64,000 nucleotides of DNA from Candidatus Sumerlaeia bacterium (GTDB lineage Bacteria > Sumerlaeota > Sumerlaeia > MVZB01): contig CAUZJO010000002.1 of the NCBI GenBank assembly GCA_963580245.1, positions 12,499-76,498 on the forward strand. The letters are read 5' to 3'. Of this stretch, positions 16,560-27,022 are shown one piece after another. Both the position numbers and the translations under genes were made by a program. The notes under the pieces were generated by a model, which was given only the letters and a program-made list of their open reading frames with translations, ran no database searches and had not been told where the DNA came from. Each line of letters starts with the position of its first letter. Position 1 is the first letter of the stretch.

Positions 16560-17885
16560 CTAGAGGATCGGGCCGGGCGGCATCGGCGCTTTATCGGCGA
16601 TCATCAGGACAAGTAGGATCGGCAGATAAGCGATCGACGCCAGGAACAAGTTTGTCGCCCTCTCGCGCGTCGGCCGGGAATAGAGCCGATACGCCAACCA
16701 GAGAAAGCCCAAACCCAGGATCGCGGCGCACGGGGCATAGAGGGCCCCGGTTGCGCCAAACAGGACCGGCATCAAGCTGACGGGGACAAGGGCGACGACG
16801 TAGGCGACGCTAGTGGCCCCGGTGGCACGACCCGTCGGGTCGAGAACCGCGTACATCGGGAATCCCGCCGCGCCGTATTGCTCGCGATACTTCCACGCGA
16901 TGGCCAGGAAATGGGGAATCTGCCACAGGAACAGGACAAAGAACATTGTCCAGGCCATCGGTTCGTTGCCCCCGCCGCCGGCGACCCAACCGATCACGGG
17001 CGGCAGCGCCCCGGCAATCGCCCCGGCCAGTGTCGAGAGCGTGTTGATGCGTTTGAGCGGCGTATAGAGGAATAGGTAAACTGCCAACGTCAGGGCGGCG
17101 AGAAAGCCAGCGTGCAGGTTGACCGTCAACGTCAGGATCGCGATGCCGGCGATCGAGAGCGTCACGCCCATCAACATCGCGGCCGGCGGAGAGACGCGAC
17201 CGGTGGGGATGGGCCGGCCGGCCGTGCGCGGCATCCGGGCGTCCTCGGCTCTTTCCATGAACTGATTGAGCGCGCTCGATCCGCAGGCGACGAGTCCCGT
17301 GCCAATCAACGCGCGGGCAAACAGCCAGCCGTCAAAACCCGCCCGCGCCGCCATGTAGAACCCAATGGAAGTCGTGACGAGGACCAAGCCGTTGAGATTC
17401 AGTTTTGTCAGATCTTTGGCATCGCGCCAGGCACCCGGGCCGAATCGAACTCGGGTCTTGCGAGCAGGGCGTTCGCGTCGCGAGACGCGCAGGCTTCCGG
17501 CAAGGACATAGACGAGAATCATCGAAACGGCGATGATAAACGCCCACTGGCTCAACTCACCCATCGAACGCACCCCGGCTGGCGGCAGGGCCGACAGGGT
17601 CGATACGCCCCCGGCCCAGGCGGGCGCGACGACGAAGGCGAACGCCACGGTCGGTTTAAAAACGGTGGCCGGTCCGAGCCGTCCGGCCCAGACCACTCCC
17701 AGGGTCAGCACGAGCAGACAGAAGCCCACCAAGGCCAGCCCAACGGGAAGCGAAGTCGAGTTGGGTAGGGATCGCCCTATTCCATCCGAAAGCGGGGCCA
17801 GCGAAACGACGAACAGGAGAATCGCCACGGGCAGGGAAAACCAGATCCACTGATGGCGGCTGAGGGGTTGGGGGGTTGGTGTCAT
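16560..17885 (-). CDS. ctaB: Protoheme IX farnesyltransferase (heme O synthase) with a roughly 155-aa N-terminal membrane extension
   Basis: The UbiA-family core starts at about residue 160 (DLTKLNLNGLVLVTTSIGFYMAA...SALNQFMERAEDARMPRTAGRPIPTGRV). Start set at ATG 17885, 7 nt after the subunit IV stop. The ORF is open to 17987 but would then overlap the upstream gene. Confidence 0.88.
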   Translation of the reverse strand: MTPTPQPLSRHQWIWFSLPVAILLFVVSLAPLSDGIGRSLPNSTSLPVGLALVGFCLLVLTLGVVWAGRLGPATVFKPTVAFAFVVAPAWAGGVSTLSALPPAGVRSMGELSQWAFIIAVSMILVYVLAGSLRVSRRERPARKTRVRFGPGAWRDAKDLTKLNLNGLVLVTTSIGFYMAARAGFDGWLFARALIGTGLVACGSSALNQFMERAEDARMPRTAGRPIPTGRVSPPAAMLMGVTLSIAGIAILTLTVNLHAGFLAALTLAVYLFLYTPLKRINTLSTLAGAIAGALPPVIGWVAGGGGNEPMAWTMFFVLFLWQIPHFLAIAWKYREQYGAAGFPMYAVLDPTGRATGATSVAYVVALVPVSLMPVLFGATGALYAPCAAILGLGFLWLAYRLYSRPTRERATNLFLASIAYLPILLVLMIADKAPMPPGPIL

Positions 17886-17892
17886 CGGATCG

Positions 17893-18363
17893 CTAATGGG
17901 CTTCGACGGCGAGCTCGCCTTCGTGGGTCGCTTGGGCCTCGCTGGCCTCGTCGGCGCCATGCTCGGCCTCGGTGCCTGCGGGGGCATCTTCGATCAGAAG
18001 CGTGCTCGCGCGAGGCAGCTCGGCCTGGATCGCGCGGGCCTCAATGGGATCAACCCAACCTCGCAGCGTCGTATCGACCAGGGTGAATGAGAAAAAAATC
18101 AGCACGAACAGGAAACTGGATATGAAGATGACCAGATTGAATTTCTCATCGTGGTAGAGGTGCATAAAAAACAGCGCCACAAGCGAGGCCTTGACCGTGG
18201 CAATCAACAGGGCCAGCGGCGTATTGACGGGGCCGAGGTCCACGAAAGCAACCGCGATGGTGACCACGGTGCCCACCATCAACGCCGCCCAAATGGCCAC
18301 GTAAGCACTCACGGGGGAGATGTGACGATGGCTTTGACCCGCGCTATGACTCGTGTCACTCAT
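17893..18363 (-). CDS. Cytochrome c oxidase subunit IV family protein (caa3 type) with an acidic C-terminal tail
   Basis: VSAYVAIWAALMVGTVVTIAVAFVDLGPVNTPLALLIATVKASLVALFFMHLYHDEKFNLVIF matches the bacterial CoxIV/CtaF-type signature. It follows subunit III. Confidence 0.8.
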   Translation of the reverse strand: MSDTSHSAGQSHRHISPVSAYVAIWAALMVGTVVTIAVAFVDLGPVNTPLALLIATVKASLVALFFMHLYHDEKFNLVIFISSFLFVLIFFSFTLVDTTLRGWVDPIEARAIQAELPRASTLLIEDAPAGTEAEHGADEASEAQATHEGELAVEAH

Positions 18364-18365
18364 GG

Positions 18366-19100
18366 CTACGTCCTGTCAATGAGATAAAGCATCGGGAACA
18401 GATAGATCCAGATCAAGTCAACGATGTGCCAGTAGAGCCCAACGGTCTCGACCGGCGTATAGTATTCACTATTAAAGGTTCGTTTCGTGCTCAACCATAA
18501 AACCCATCCGAGTACGAACATCCCGGCCAATACGTGAAAGCCGTGCAGACCGGTCATCATGAAATAACAGCTCATGAAAATACGCGCATTGTCCGCCACG
18601 GCGAAGGCGGCCTCGCTCCCTTGCACATGTTCGGGTTTGAAAAACATGCCGGGCAAAAAACCGAGATGTATCTTATGTGAATACTCGAAATACTTGACGA
18701 CCATAAAGACGCCGGCCAGCGCGATGGTCAGGACCAATTGCAAGCGCAGCTGCTTGAGGTTGCCCGTCTGCGCGGCGCGCACGGCGAGGGCCATGGTCAG
18801 GCTGCTCAGGATCAGGACCCCCGTGTTCAGCGCCCCCGCGCGTAGATCCAACAGGCGACTGGCGTTATTAAACAGCTCGGGATGAAAAGAGCGGAAAACG
18901 CCGTAGGCGAGGAACAGGCCGCTGAACAGGAGTATCTCGGTCGCGAGGAACAGCCACATGCCCAATTTCGCGGAGGCGTATTGCTGATCCATTGTGTCGA
19001 AGTGATGCGCCAGCATCGGATGATGCTCGTGCTCTTCGTCTTCGATGGCGGCGTGGGGCAGGTCGTCGGTCTGTGAATGACTCATGGTGTTGGGCGTCAC
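18366..19100 (-). CDS. ctaE: Cytochrome c oxidase subunit III
   Basis: 244 aa and multi-TM, with typical subunit III motifs (KLGMWLFLATEILLFSGLF, YWHIVDLIWIYLFP). Confidence 0.93.
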   Translation of the reverse strand: MTPNTMSHSQTDDLPHAAIEDEEHEHHPMLAHHFDTMDQQYASAKLGMWLFLATEILLFSGLFLAYGVFRSFHPELFNNASRLLDLRAGALNTGVLILSSLTMALAVRAAQTGNLKQLRLQLVLTIALAGVFMVVKYFEYSHKIHLGFLPGMFFKPEHVQGSEAAFAVADNARIFMSCYFMMTGLHGFHVLAGMFVLGWVLWLSTKRTFNSEYYTPVETVGLYWHIVDLIWIYLFPMLYLIDRT

Positions 19101-19129
19101 CCGTTTTGATTCAATTCGGGAGGTCAGCG

Positions 19130-20779
19130 TCAGCGCTTGACCGTGGCTTTCTCCGGCTCCACCCCGTAATCATATGGCGGGTGGAGGACGATCGGTGTAT
19201 CGGCGAAATTCGCTTGTATAGGCGGAGATTCGGTTTCCCACTCCAGCGACTTGAGGTTCCAGGGGTTCTTGCCGGCCTTCTCGCCCTTGAACAGCGACCA
19301 GATGAAGTAGCTATACATGACCACGATACCCAACCCCATGACCCAGGCGCCGACCGAGGAGAAGGCGTGGAGGGGCTGGAATTGCGCGTCGTAGGTCGCG
19401 TAACGCCGCGGCATGCCCTGGCTGCCCATAATGAACTGCGGGATGAAGATGAGATTGAACCCTAGAAAGATGATGGCGCATGTAATTCGGGCAATCCATT
19501 CGGGGTACATGCGGCCGAACATCTTGGGCCACCAATAGTGCAGGCCGCCGAAGAACGCGATGACCGTGCCGCCCACCATCACGTAGTGGAAGTGGGCGAC
19601 GACGAAGTAGGTATCGTGCAGATGCACGTCAACGCCGACGCTGCCCAACGGCAGACCCGTCAGGCCACCGATCGTGAACAGGAAGATAAATGCCAGCGCG
19701 TAGAGCATCGGCGTGTCCAGCTTGATCTGGCCGCGATATAAGGTAACGGTCCAGTTGAAGATCTTGATCGCCGAGGGGATGGCCACCAAAAACGTCAGGG
19801 CCGAGAAGATCATGATGGCGATCTCGGACTGGCCGCTGGTGAACATGTGGTGGCCCCACACGATGAAGCTGATGAGGGCAATGGCCAGACTTGAGTAGAC
19901 GATGAATGAGTATCCGAAGATTGGCTTGCGGGAGAAATGCGGGATGATCTCGCTGATGATCGCCATGCCGGGCAGGATCATGATGTAGACGGCCGGGTGG
20001 GAATAGAACCAGAAGAAATGCTGATACAGCACGGGGTCGCCGCCCATCATTGGATCGAATATACCAATGTGGGCGACGCGTTCGATGATCAGGAGAAGCA
20101 ACGTGATGCCCAAGACGGGAGTGGCGAGCACTTGGATAATGGCCGTCGCGTAGATGCCCCAAACAAACAGCGGCATGCGGAACCAACCCATTCCCGGCGC
20201 CCGCATCTTGTGCGTCGTCACGATGAAGTTCAGCCCCGTGAAGATGGACGAGAACCCGAGGATGAACACGGCCAGCGTCATCGAAACGACGCTGGTATTG
20301 GTATCGACGCTATAGGGGGTATAAAAAGTCCAGCCCGTATCGACCGCGCCGACGACGATCGAATAGACGGCGAAGACGGCCCCGATGACGTAGATATAGA
20401 AGCTCATGAGATTGAGCCGGGGGAAGGCGACGTCCTTGGCTCCGATCATAATGGGCAGGAAAAAGTTGCCGAGGATGGCCGGGACCGACGGGATGATGAA
20501 CAGAAAGACCATGATCGCCCCGTGGAGCGTGAACGCCTTGTTATAGTTCTCGTTGCTGCCGAGGATGCTGATTTGTGGGGTGATTAGTTCGGTCCGGAGC
20601 AGGACGGCGAACATACCGCCCAACAGAAAGGCAGCCATGATCCAGATCATGTAGAGGACGCCGATCCGTTTGTGGTCCAACGTTATGATCCAGGACATGA
20701 TCCCGCTCTGGGATTTCAGGTAACTGACGTCATGTCCGATGGGATGGGCGCCAGGGGATGGGATGGTTGCGGTTGACAT
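19130..20779 (-). CDS. ctaD: Cytochrome c oxidase subunit I
   Basis: 549 aa with heme-copper oxidase motifs ([38 protein letters not shown]). Confidence 0.97.
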   Translation of the reverse strand: MSTATIPSPGAHPIGHDVSYLKSQSGIMSWIITLDHKRIGVLYMIWIMAAFLLGGMFAVLLRTELITPQISILGSNENYNKAFTLHGAIMVFLFIIPSVPAILGNFFLPIMIGAKDVAFPRLNLMSFYIYVIGAVFAVYSIVVGAVDTGWTFYTPYSVDTNTSVVSMTLAVFILGFSSIFTGLNFIVTTHKMRAPGMGWFRMPLFVWGIYATAIIQVLATPVLGITLLLLIIERVAHIGIFDPMMGGDPVLYQHFFWFYSHPAVYIMILPGMAIISEIIPHFSRKPIFGYSFIVYSSLAIALISFIVWGHHMFTSGQSEIAIMIFSALTFLVAIPSAIKIFNWTVTLYRGQIKLDTPMLYALAFIFLFTIGGLTGLPLGSVGVDVHLHDTYFVVAHFHYVMVGGTVIAFFGGLHYWWPKMFGRMYPEWIARITCAIIFLGFNLIFIPQFIMGSQGMPRRYATYDAQFQPLHAFSSVGAWVMGLGIVVMYSYFIWSLFKGEKAGKNPWNLKSLEWETESPPIQANFADTPIVLHPPYDYGVEPEKATVKR

Positions 20780-20786
20780 GGATCAG

Positions 20787-21752
20787 TTACCCTTCTTTCT
20801 CCATTCCGACTTTCAGTGTCTTGATGTATTCGATCAGGAACGTGACGTGATCGTCTTTCAACAGACCGACATAGGTCGGCATCACGCCGGCCCGGTATCC
20901 TTGGACGATCTTGGCATTCGGGTTCATGATCGACTCGCGAATATACTCTTCATCGACGGTGATCGAGCTGCCGTCGGCCAGGTGTTCGCGCTTGCCGAAG
21001 ACGCCCAGAAGCGGTGGGCATTCCTTCTTGGAGTCGTCGATGCTGTGGCATTTGAAACAGGCCCGCTTTTCAAACAGGAGCTTACCCGCTTCGGCCGGAG
21101 GCAATTCCCCAATATCGATACCTCCGCCGTCCAGCCAATCTTGAAACGGCTCGGGTTCGGCAACATTTAAGATGGCGACCATTTCCGAGTGTCCCGAGCC
21201 GCAGTATTCCGCGCAGTAGACCCGGTGTTCGCCCATCACGGTCGGCTCGAACCACATGGTCGTGTACCGATTAGGAAGGACGTCATTCTTCGCGCGGAAG
21301 CTTGGGACGAAGAAGCTGTGCAGGACGTCTTCGGAGGTCATGATCAGCTTGATCGCCCGGCCGGCGGGCACCCAGATTTCATCCACCGTCCTGGTGCCGT
21401 CGGGGTAGGTGAACTCCCACTGCCAGCGTTTGGCCGTGACGTTGATCTCGTAAGCCCCGTGCGGCGCCACCCTCAGTTTGAAATACAGGTCGAAACCCCA
21501 GACGAACATGACGGCGAGGATCAGGGTGGGGAGCACCGTCCAAATGATCTCGAGCCAATTGCTGTGGTCGATTTTGGGCGTCGTCTCCCCTTCCCCGCGT
21601 TCGCGATAGCGAATGACGAACCAAACCATCAGCGCGACGATCAGGATGAAGAAGAAGACGCAGATCCAGTAGATGAAATAATAGAGGTCATCGACCATGG
21701 GCGCGAAGGTCGAGGCCTGCCGCGGCATTTGGATTGTTGCTTCTTTACCCAT
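20787..21752 (-). CDS. ctaC: Cytochrome c oxidase subunit II with a fused C-terminal cytochrome c domain (caa3 type)
   Basis: CuA motif CAEYCGSGHSEM and a C-terminal heme-binding CFKCH. Confidence 0.95.
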   Translation of the reverse strand: MGKEATIQMPRQASTFAPMVDDLYYFIYWICVFFFILIVALMVWFVIRYRERGEGETTPKIDHSNWLEIIWTVLPTLILAVMFVWGFDLYFKLRVAPHGAYEINVTAKRWQWEFTYPDGTRTVDEIWVPAGRAIKLIMTSEDVLHSFFVPSFRAKNDVLPNRYTTMWFEPTVMGEHRVYCAEYCGSGHSEMVAILNVAEPEPFQDWLDGGGIDIGELPPAEAGKLLFEKRACFKCHSIDDSKKECPPLLGVFGKREHLADGSSITVDEEYIRESIMNPNAKIVQGYRAGVMPTYVGLLKDDHVTFLIEYIKTLKVGMEKEG

Positions 21753-21817
21753 CTTCCCTATTCAGTCATCCATTCAGTCGCTCGATCGCGATCCGGGGTC
21801 CGGCCCATGGATTCCTC

Positions 21818-22723
21818 TCAGGCCGGCGCGCCGGTCGGTTTATGCGGATGCCGGTCATCCGCCGGGTCGGCATGGCTCGCCCGCAGGCGGCGCTTGCGTC
21901 GTTCGAGGAGGATCAGGCACCCGATCAGCAGGCCGAGAAAGGCCAACGTCAAAGCGCCACCGATCCGCATCAGGAGCATCGCGTTGGCGACGTAACGTTG
22001 CGTGCCCGGATCGAAATGATAGCAGTTCAAGAAGAACTGTTCGAAGACCGAGCCGATGGCGCCGTCGGCGGCCTCGAACAGCGCCAGGCGCAGGTCCTTG
22101 ACGCGAAAATTGAAGCCGTCCAGGTAGCGCGAGATCTTGCCCTCGGGCGTCAGGATCATGATCGCCGAGGCGTGGGCATATTCCCCGGTATTCTCGACGT
22201 AGTTGTAACGAAATCCGACCGCGTCCGCCAACTTCGCAATGTTCTCCTGTTCACCCACGTGCCAGTGCCAGCCGCGCGCGGCTTCGGGCCGTCCATAATC
22301 TTCGATGTAGTTGGCCTTTGTCTGCTCGGCGAGCTGGTGCTGTTCCTTTGGGTCAATGCTGACGGTCACGATTTCGAACTGGTCGCCCGGCGTCCAATTG
22401 AGTTCCTTGAGCCCCTCAGTGAGGGCATTGAGCGACATGTCACAGAGCATCGGGCACGTGTAATAGACTAAATTGAGCACGACGGGCCGCTCGTTGTTCA
22501 GATACTGCTTGAGCGCGACGGTTTGGCCGGTGGAATCGGTGAACGTCAGGTCGGCGGGGACCGAGGCGCCCAGAAGCTCGTCGATCCCGACACCCTGCAG
22601 CGGCTGCGGGATGTATGGCTCAGCCCGAGCGCCGTCCATCGCAAGGACGACCAAGAGGCAAATCTGGAGCAGCAATCCGAATGGCATGGGGTGATAACGT
22701 TTCATGAACATCCTCGATCTCAC
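21818..22723 (-). CDS. SCO1/SenC family copper chaperone (thioredoxin-like)
   Basis: Signal/anchor sequence, the CxxxC motif VYYTCPMLCDMS, and a C-terminal TM helix. Located between the ACIII and oxidase genes. Confidence 0.85.
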   Translation of the reverse strand: MRSRMFMKRYHPMPFGLLLQICLLVVLAMDGARAEPYIPQPLQGVGIDELLGASVPADLTFTDSTGQTVALKQYLNNERPVVLNLVYYTCPMLCDMSLNALTEGLKELNWTPGDQFEIVTVSIDPKEQHQLAEQTKANYIEDYGRPEAARGWHWHVGEQENIAKLADAVGFRYNYVENTGEYAHASAIMILTPEGKISRYLDGFNFRVKDLRLALFEAADGAIGSVFEQFFLNCYHFDPGTQRYVANAMLLMRIGGALTLAFLGLLIGCLILLERRKRRLRASHADPADDRHPHKPTGAPA

Positions 22724-23160
22724 TTAAGGCGATCCGCGCGCGTCGTCGCTCCGTCCTCGCCGGCCGGCGGCGCGGGCGACTGTGCGGGCGCCGTTTCGGT
22801 CCCTTCTTCGACCGGCGCGGCCTCTTCCTCTGGTTCCTCGGGCGTGACGGCGAGCGGAAGGTCCAGTTGCCGCCGCCAGGGGTTTATGGCCTCCAGCTCC
22901 ATCGCGCGGTCGATGGGGATTTGAACGCCCCCGGTTTCCGCGTCGACCAGCGCATAGTGAAAGAGCTTCTCCGCCTCCGCCGCTCTGAGTTCGCGCAGGT
23001 AGGGAACCACCTTCAGTTCCACTTTATCACGCACGTGCGCCTGCTTCCAAAATGAAAAGAAATAAATGCAGGCGAAAAAGACCGCGAAAATGATGATCAC
23101 CGTAACGACAGCCGTGAAGAAGATGACGGTGTTGTAGGGTTCCGAATCGTCGTGAGCCAT
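22720..23160 (-). CDS. Hypothetical single-pass membrane protein (146 aa) in the ACIII-oxidase cluster
   Basis: Starts at ATG 23160, 10 nt after the actF stop. MAHDDSEPYNTVIFFTAVVTVIIIFAVFFACIYFF is followed by a soluble domain and a Pro/Glu/Ala-rich tail. Its stop overlaps the SCO start. No family recognised. Confidence 0.6.
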   Translation of the reverse strand: MAHDDSEPYNTVIFFTAVVTVIIIFAVFFACIYFFSFWKQAHVRDKVELKVVPYLRELRAAEAEKLFHYALVDAETGGVQIPIDRAMELEAINPWRRQLDLPLAVTPEEPEEEAAPVEEGTETAPAQSPAPPAGEDGATTRADRLK

Positions 23161-23170
23161 AACAATCGCC

Positions 23171-24397
23171 TCATTGATTCTCAAATGCGATGGAGTCGGC
23201 CAGGTACGGATCGCGCACCGGCACCAGCGGGCACTTGGACAGCCGCCACAACAAAACCAGCCCGAAGAAGCAACCCATCCCCAAGAACAGGCATGGATCG
23301 ACCCAGCTAAACGGAACACCGTGACCGCCATGCTCGCCTTGAAGCCCCAGCGTCGGCATCACCACCCAATAAAGGTCTAAAAAATGCACGATCAACATCC
23401 AGATGGCCCCCAGTGAAATCATCAGACGGTTGCGCTTGGCGTGATAGGAGAGCAGGAAGAAGAACGGGAAGACGAAGTGCCCGTAGACCAGGAACCAACT
23501 ATAGGTTTTCCAACCCCCCTCCCAGCGGTGAATGTACCAGATCGTCTCTTCGGGGATGTTGGCCATCCAGATGAGGAGGAGCTGGGAAATCGATATGTAA
23601 GCCCAAAAGACGACGAACGCGAACAGCAGCTTGCCCAAATCGTGCAGGTGTTCGGCCGTAATGGCCTTGCCGACCACACCCGTCGACATGACCGCCACGC
23701 AAACAAGGATCAACACGGCCAGGCCGGCGATGAACGACCCGGCGAAGTAGTAGACGCCGAAGATCGTCGAGTACCAATGCGCGTCGAGCGACATGAGCAA
23801 ATCGAAGGCGAAGAACGTGGTCGTGAACGCGAACAGGATGAGCCCGGGGGCGCTCATCCGCCGCATGGCCTCGACCAGCTTCCAGTCTCCGGTTTCATCC
23901 TGCCTCAGCGAGCGGCGATAGAGGAAACCGCCCATGCCGATCCAGATCGCGAAATAGATGACGATGCGCAGCATGAAGAACTTCAAATTGAGAAAGGGGC
24001 GCTTTTGCTCGAGCAATGTGTCACCGGCCACCTTCTGCGGGTCGGCCCAGATGTAGAGGTCGTCCATCCAAAACAGGATCGGGACCACGAGCAGCAGCAT
24101 CAGCCAGAAATTCATCATGATCGCCTCGCCCAAGCGCCGGACGACCACGCTCCAGCGGGCATGGGTCACGTGGGCCGTCAGCACGAAGAACATCGCCCCA
24201 AGCGAGACCGAGACATAGAACGTGTAGCACGTCAGATAGGAGTACTTGAAATGCAGGGCCGCCTCGTCGCTGGTGAACAGCCCGATCGCGGAAAAACCCA
24301 GCAGCGCGACGGTCGCGGCCAGCAGTTTCATGCCAAGCGACCACACGCGTTCGGAGTCCAGGCGATAGTCGACGTTCTCGGTTTCGGCAAGGCTCAT
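23171..24397 (-). CDS. actF: Alternative complex III subunit ActF (polytopic membrane subunit)
   Basis: 408-aa multi-TM protein in the ActF position after the monoheme ActE. Overlaps actE by 4 nt. Confidence 0.8.
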   Translation of the reverse strand: MSLAETENVDYRLDSERVWSLGMKLLAATVALLGFSAIGLFTSDEAALHFKYSYLTCYTFYVSVSLGAMFFVLTAHVTHARWSVVVRRLGEAIMMNFWLMLLLVVPILFWMDDLYIWADPQKVAGDTLLEQKRPFLNLKFFMLRIVIYFAIWIGMGGFLYRRSLRQDETGDWKLVEAMRRMSAPGLILFAFTTTFFAFDLLMSLDAHWYSTIFGVYYFAGSFIAGLAVLILVCVAVMSTGVVGKAITAEHLHDLGKLLFAFVVFWAYISISQLLLIWMANIPEETIWYIHRWEGGWKTYSWFLVYGHFVFPFFFLLSYHAKRNRLMISLGAIWMLIVHFLDLYWVVMPTLGLQGEHGGHGVPFSWVDPCLFLGMGCFFGLVLLWRLSKCPLVPVRDPYLADSIAFENQ

Positions 24398-25029
24398 TTG
24401 TTGGCCACCAATGTTGATCGGATGTCGGCGGGCACGTCTTCGATCGTGGTCGTTTGACTGCGTTGCAAGGCGCGCAGATAGGCGATGACCGCCCAGCGGT
24501 CCTCGACCGGGATCTGATGCTTGTATGATGGCATGTTGCGCACGCCGTTGGTGATGGTGTTGAAGATCTGGCCGTCGGGTATCTCGCGGATGGCTTGTTC
24601 CATCAGGTTGGTCGGCGGGGTCAGGCCGATGTAATGGGTCACCATCCCCTTGCCCGTTCCCGTGCGGTCATGACAGACGGCGCAAATGATATTAAACCGC
24701 TCCCGGCCGCGATCGAGGAGTTCCGCCGTGGTCTCGACGGGGCTGTACTGCGCCCAGTTCCCGTTGGGAAACGTCCCCTGAAAATAAATCGTGTCCGTCC
24801 TGAGGGCGCCGCGGGCGATCGTGCCCGGCACCGGCTGGCGCGCGGCCCGCAGGTCGGAGAAAAGGGGCCGCCCGTCCGCCAATAGCGGTCCGACTTCCTG
24901 GGGATCGATCTTTTCCTGGTTGTCCATGTTCGGATTGACGTGGATCGGCGGGCTTTCGGAGATCTTCCCCCGGCAACCGGACACGGCAGCCACCATCAAC
25001 AACAGAACTATCCACGACCTGGGCGTCAT
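24394..25029 (-). CDS. actE: Alternative complex III subunit ActE (monoheme cytochrome c lipoprotein)
   Basis: Lipoprotein signal (MVAAVSGC) and a single CAVCH heme motif. Confidence 0.85.
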   Translation of the reverse strand: MTPRSWIVLLLMVAAVSGCRGKISESPPIHVNPNMDNQEKIDPQEVGPLLADGRPLFSDLRAARQPVPGTIARGALRTDTIYFQGTFPNGNWAQYSPVETTAELLDRGRERFNIICAVCHDRTGTGKGMVTHYIGLTPPTNLMEQAIREIPDGQIFNTITNGVRNMPSYKHQIPVEDRWAVIAYLRALQRSQTTTIEDVPADIRSTLVANK

Positions 25030-25033
25030 ATGC

Positions 25034-25609
25034 TTATGGCTCCAGCAGGGCGATGTTACGCCCGCCGATCGAATCGAGGAATTCCTCCGCCTCGTCGGGT
25101 TCGAACTTCTTGTCGCGAGCCTCGATGGTCAGGAAGAACCCGTCGGTCGTCACGCGCTTGAAGTGCTTGTACTTAAACAGCGGATGATAAAGCATCGGGA
25201 GAAAGTTAAAGAACAACATCCCCAGAACCGCGGCAAATGCCGAGATAAGGATCGTGCACTCAAACGTGATGGGAATAAAAGCCGGGATGCTGTTAAAGGG
25301 CTTGCCGCTGATCACCAGCGGGTAATCCACCGCGCTGACCCAGTACTGCAGGGCGAAGCCGCCGATGCATCCGGTCAGCCCCCCGCCCAAGATCACCCAG
25401 GGCAGGTCGCTGCGGCGCAGGCCCATCGCCCGGTTCATGCCGTGGACGGGGAACGGCGAGTGAACGTCGAAGCACTTGTAGCCGGCGTCGCGCGTCGCCT
25501 TGGCCGCTTCGAGCAACCCGCCGGGTCCCTTGAACTCGGCCACGATGCCGAACGGGTTGTCCTCGGGCAGCTTGCCGAGAAGCATATTGACCAGATAAGG
25601 GGGCTTCAC
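25034..25609 (-). CDS. actD: Alternative complex III subunit ActD (DUF3341)
   Basis: FKGPGGLLEAAKATRDAGYKCFDVHSPFPVHGMNRAMGL followed by two TM helices, which is the DUF3341 pattern. Confidence 0.85.
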   Translation of the reverse strand: MKPPYLVNMLLGKLPEDNPFGIVAEFKGPGGLLEAAKATRDAGYKCFDVHSPFPVHGMNRAMGLRRSDLPWVILGGGLTGCIGGFALQYWVSAVDYPLVISGKPFNSIPAFIPITFECTILISAFAAVLGMLFFNFLPMLYHPLFKYKHFKRVTTDGFFLTIEARDKKFEPDEAEEFLDSIGGRNIALLEP

Positions 25610-25615
25610 GGCTTG

Positions 25616-27022
25616 CTAGTCCTCCCCTCCGTGAGTTTGGGCCGGGTGGGCTTTGGCCTGGGGCATCACGTTCTTGATCTCAAACATCGTCAGGACCGGC
25701 AGAAAGCGCAAAAACAGCAGGAACAACGTGAAGAACAGCCCGAAACTGCCCACCAGCATCAACACATCGACGTACGTCGGCCGATAGTAATCCCAACTGG
25801 ACGGCAAGTAATCGCTGGCCAGCGACGTGACCACAATGACGAACCGCTCGAACCACATTCCGATGTTGATAAAGATCGAGATAATGAACATGAAAACCAC
25901 GTTGCGGCGCAGTTTTTTAAACCAGAAGAATTGCGGCGAGACCACGTTGCACGTCACCATGATCCAGTACGCCCACCAGTAGGGTCCCAGCGCGCGGTTG
26001 ATGAACGTGAATCGTTCGATGGCGTTGCCGCTGTACCAGGCGATGAAAAACTCGACCGAATAGGCGTAGCCGACCATTATCCCGGTGGCCAGCATGATCT
26101 TGTTCATGTTCTCGAGATGGCGCATCGTAATGAAATCCTTGAGCCCAAACCACTGACGCGCCGGAATGGCAAGGGTCATCACCATCGCAAATCCCGAGAA
26201 AATCGCCCCCGCGACGAAATACGGGGGGAAAATCGTCGTGTGCCAACCGGGCACGACCGCGACGGCGAAGTCGAAGCTCACGACCGAGTGGACCGAAAGG
26301 ACCAGCGGCGTCGACAGGCCCGCCAGGATCAGATAGGCCATTTCATAATTGCGCCAATGGCGGTTGGACCCGCGCCAACCCAGCGAAAAAATACCGTAGA
26401 GGACCTTGCGCAGCGTCGTCTTGCTACGGTCGCGCAACGTCGCCAGGTCGGGGATCATCCCGGTGTACCAGAATAGGAGGGAAACCGTCCCGTAGGTGCT
26501 GACCGCGAAGACGTCCCACAACAGCGGGCTGCGGAACTGTGGCCACAGACTCATCTGATTGGGGATCGGAAAGAGCCAATAAGCGACCCACGCGCGGCCG
26601 ACGTGGATGCCGGGGAAAATGCCGGCGCAGGCGACGGCGAAGATCGTCATCGCTTCGGCGAAGCGGTTGATCCCGGTGCGCCATTTCTGGCGGAAGAGGA
26701 ACAGGATCGCGGAGATCAGCGTCCCGGCGTGGCCGATGCCGATCCAGAACACGAAGTTGACGATCGCCCAACCCCAGCCGACCGGATTGGTGACGCCCCA
26801 CACGCCGATGCCCTTCCAGAACAGCCAGGCGATCAACGCCCCCAGAACCGTGAGCCAGGTCAGGGCGACCCCAAACCCGATGTACCAGCCGCGCGGCGTC
26901 TTGAACTCACTCACGCGGCTGATCGTTTCGGTCATCGAGCCGAAATCGTGATGGGGGGCAACCAGCGGCTCATCGGGCGGAGCGACGCCGGGGGCCGGGA
27001 GACTAGGCGTGGCTACGGCCAT
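25616..27022 (-). CDS. actC: Alternative complex III subunit ActC (NrfD/PsrC-like quinol-interacting membrane subunit)
   Basis: 468-aa polytopic NrfD-like protein. Overlaps the actB 3' end by 20 nt. Confidence 0.9.
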   Translation of the reverse strand: MAVATPSLPAPGVAPPDEPLVAPHHDFGSMTETISRVSEFKTPRGWYIGFGVALTWLTVLGALIAWLFWKGIGVWGVTNPVGWGWAIVNFVFWIGIGHAGTLISAILFLFRQKWRTGINRFAEAMTIFAVACAGIFPGIHVGRAWVAYWLFPIPNQMSLWPQFRSPLLWDVFAVSTYGTVSLLFWYTGMIPDLATLRDRSKTTLRKVLYGIFSLGWRGSNRHWRNYEMAYLILAGLSTPLVLSVHSVVSFDFAVAVVPGWHTTIFPPYFVAGAIFSGFAMVMTLAIPARQWFGLKDFITMRHLENMNKIMLATGIMVGYAYSVEFFIAWYSGNAIERFTFINRALGPYWWAYWIMVTCNVVSPQFFWFKKLRRNVVFMFIISIFINIGMWFERFVIVVTSLASDYLPSSWDYYRPTYVDVLMLVGSFGLFFTLFLLFLRFLPVLTMFEIKNVMPQAKAHPAQTHGGED

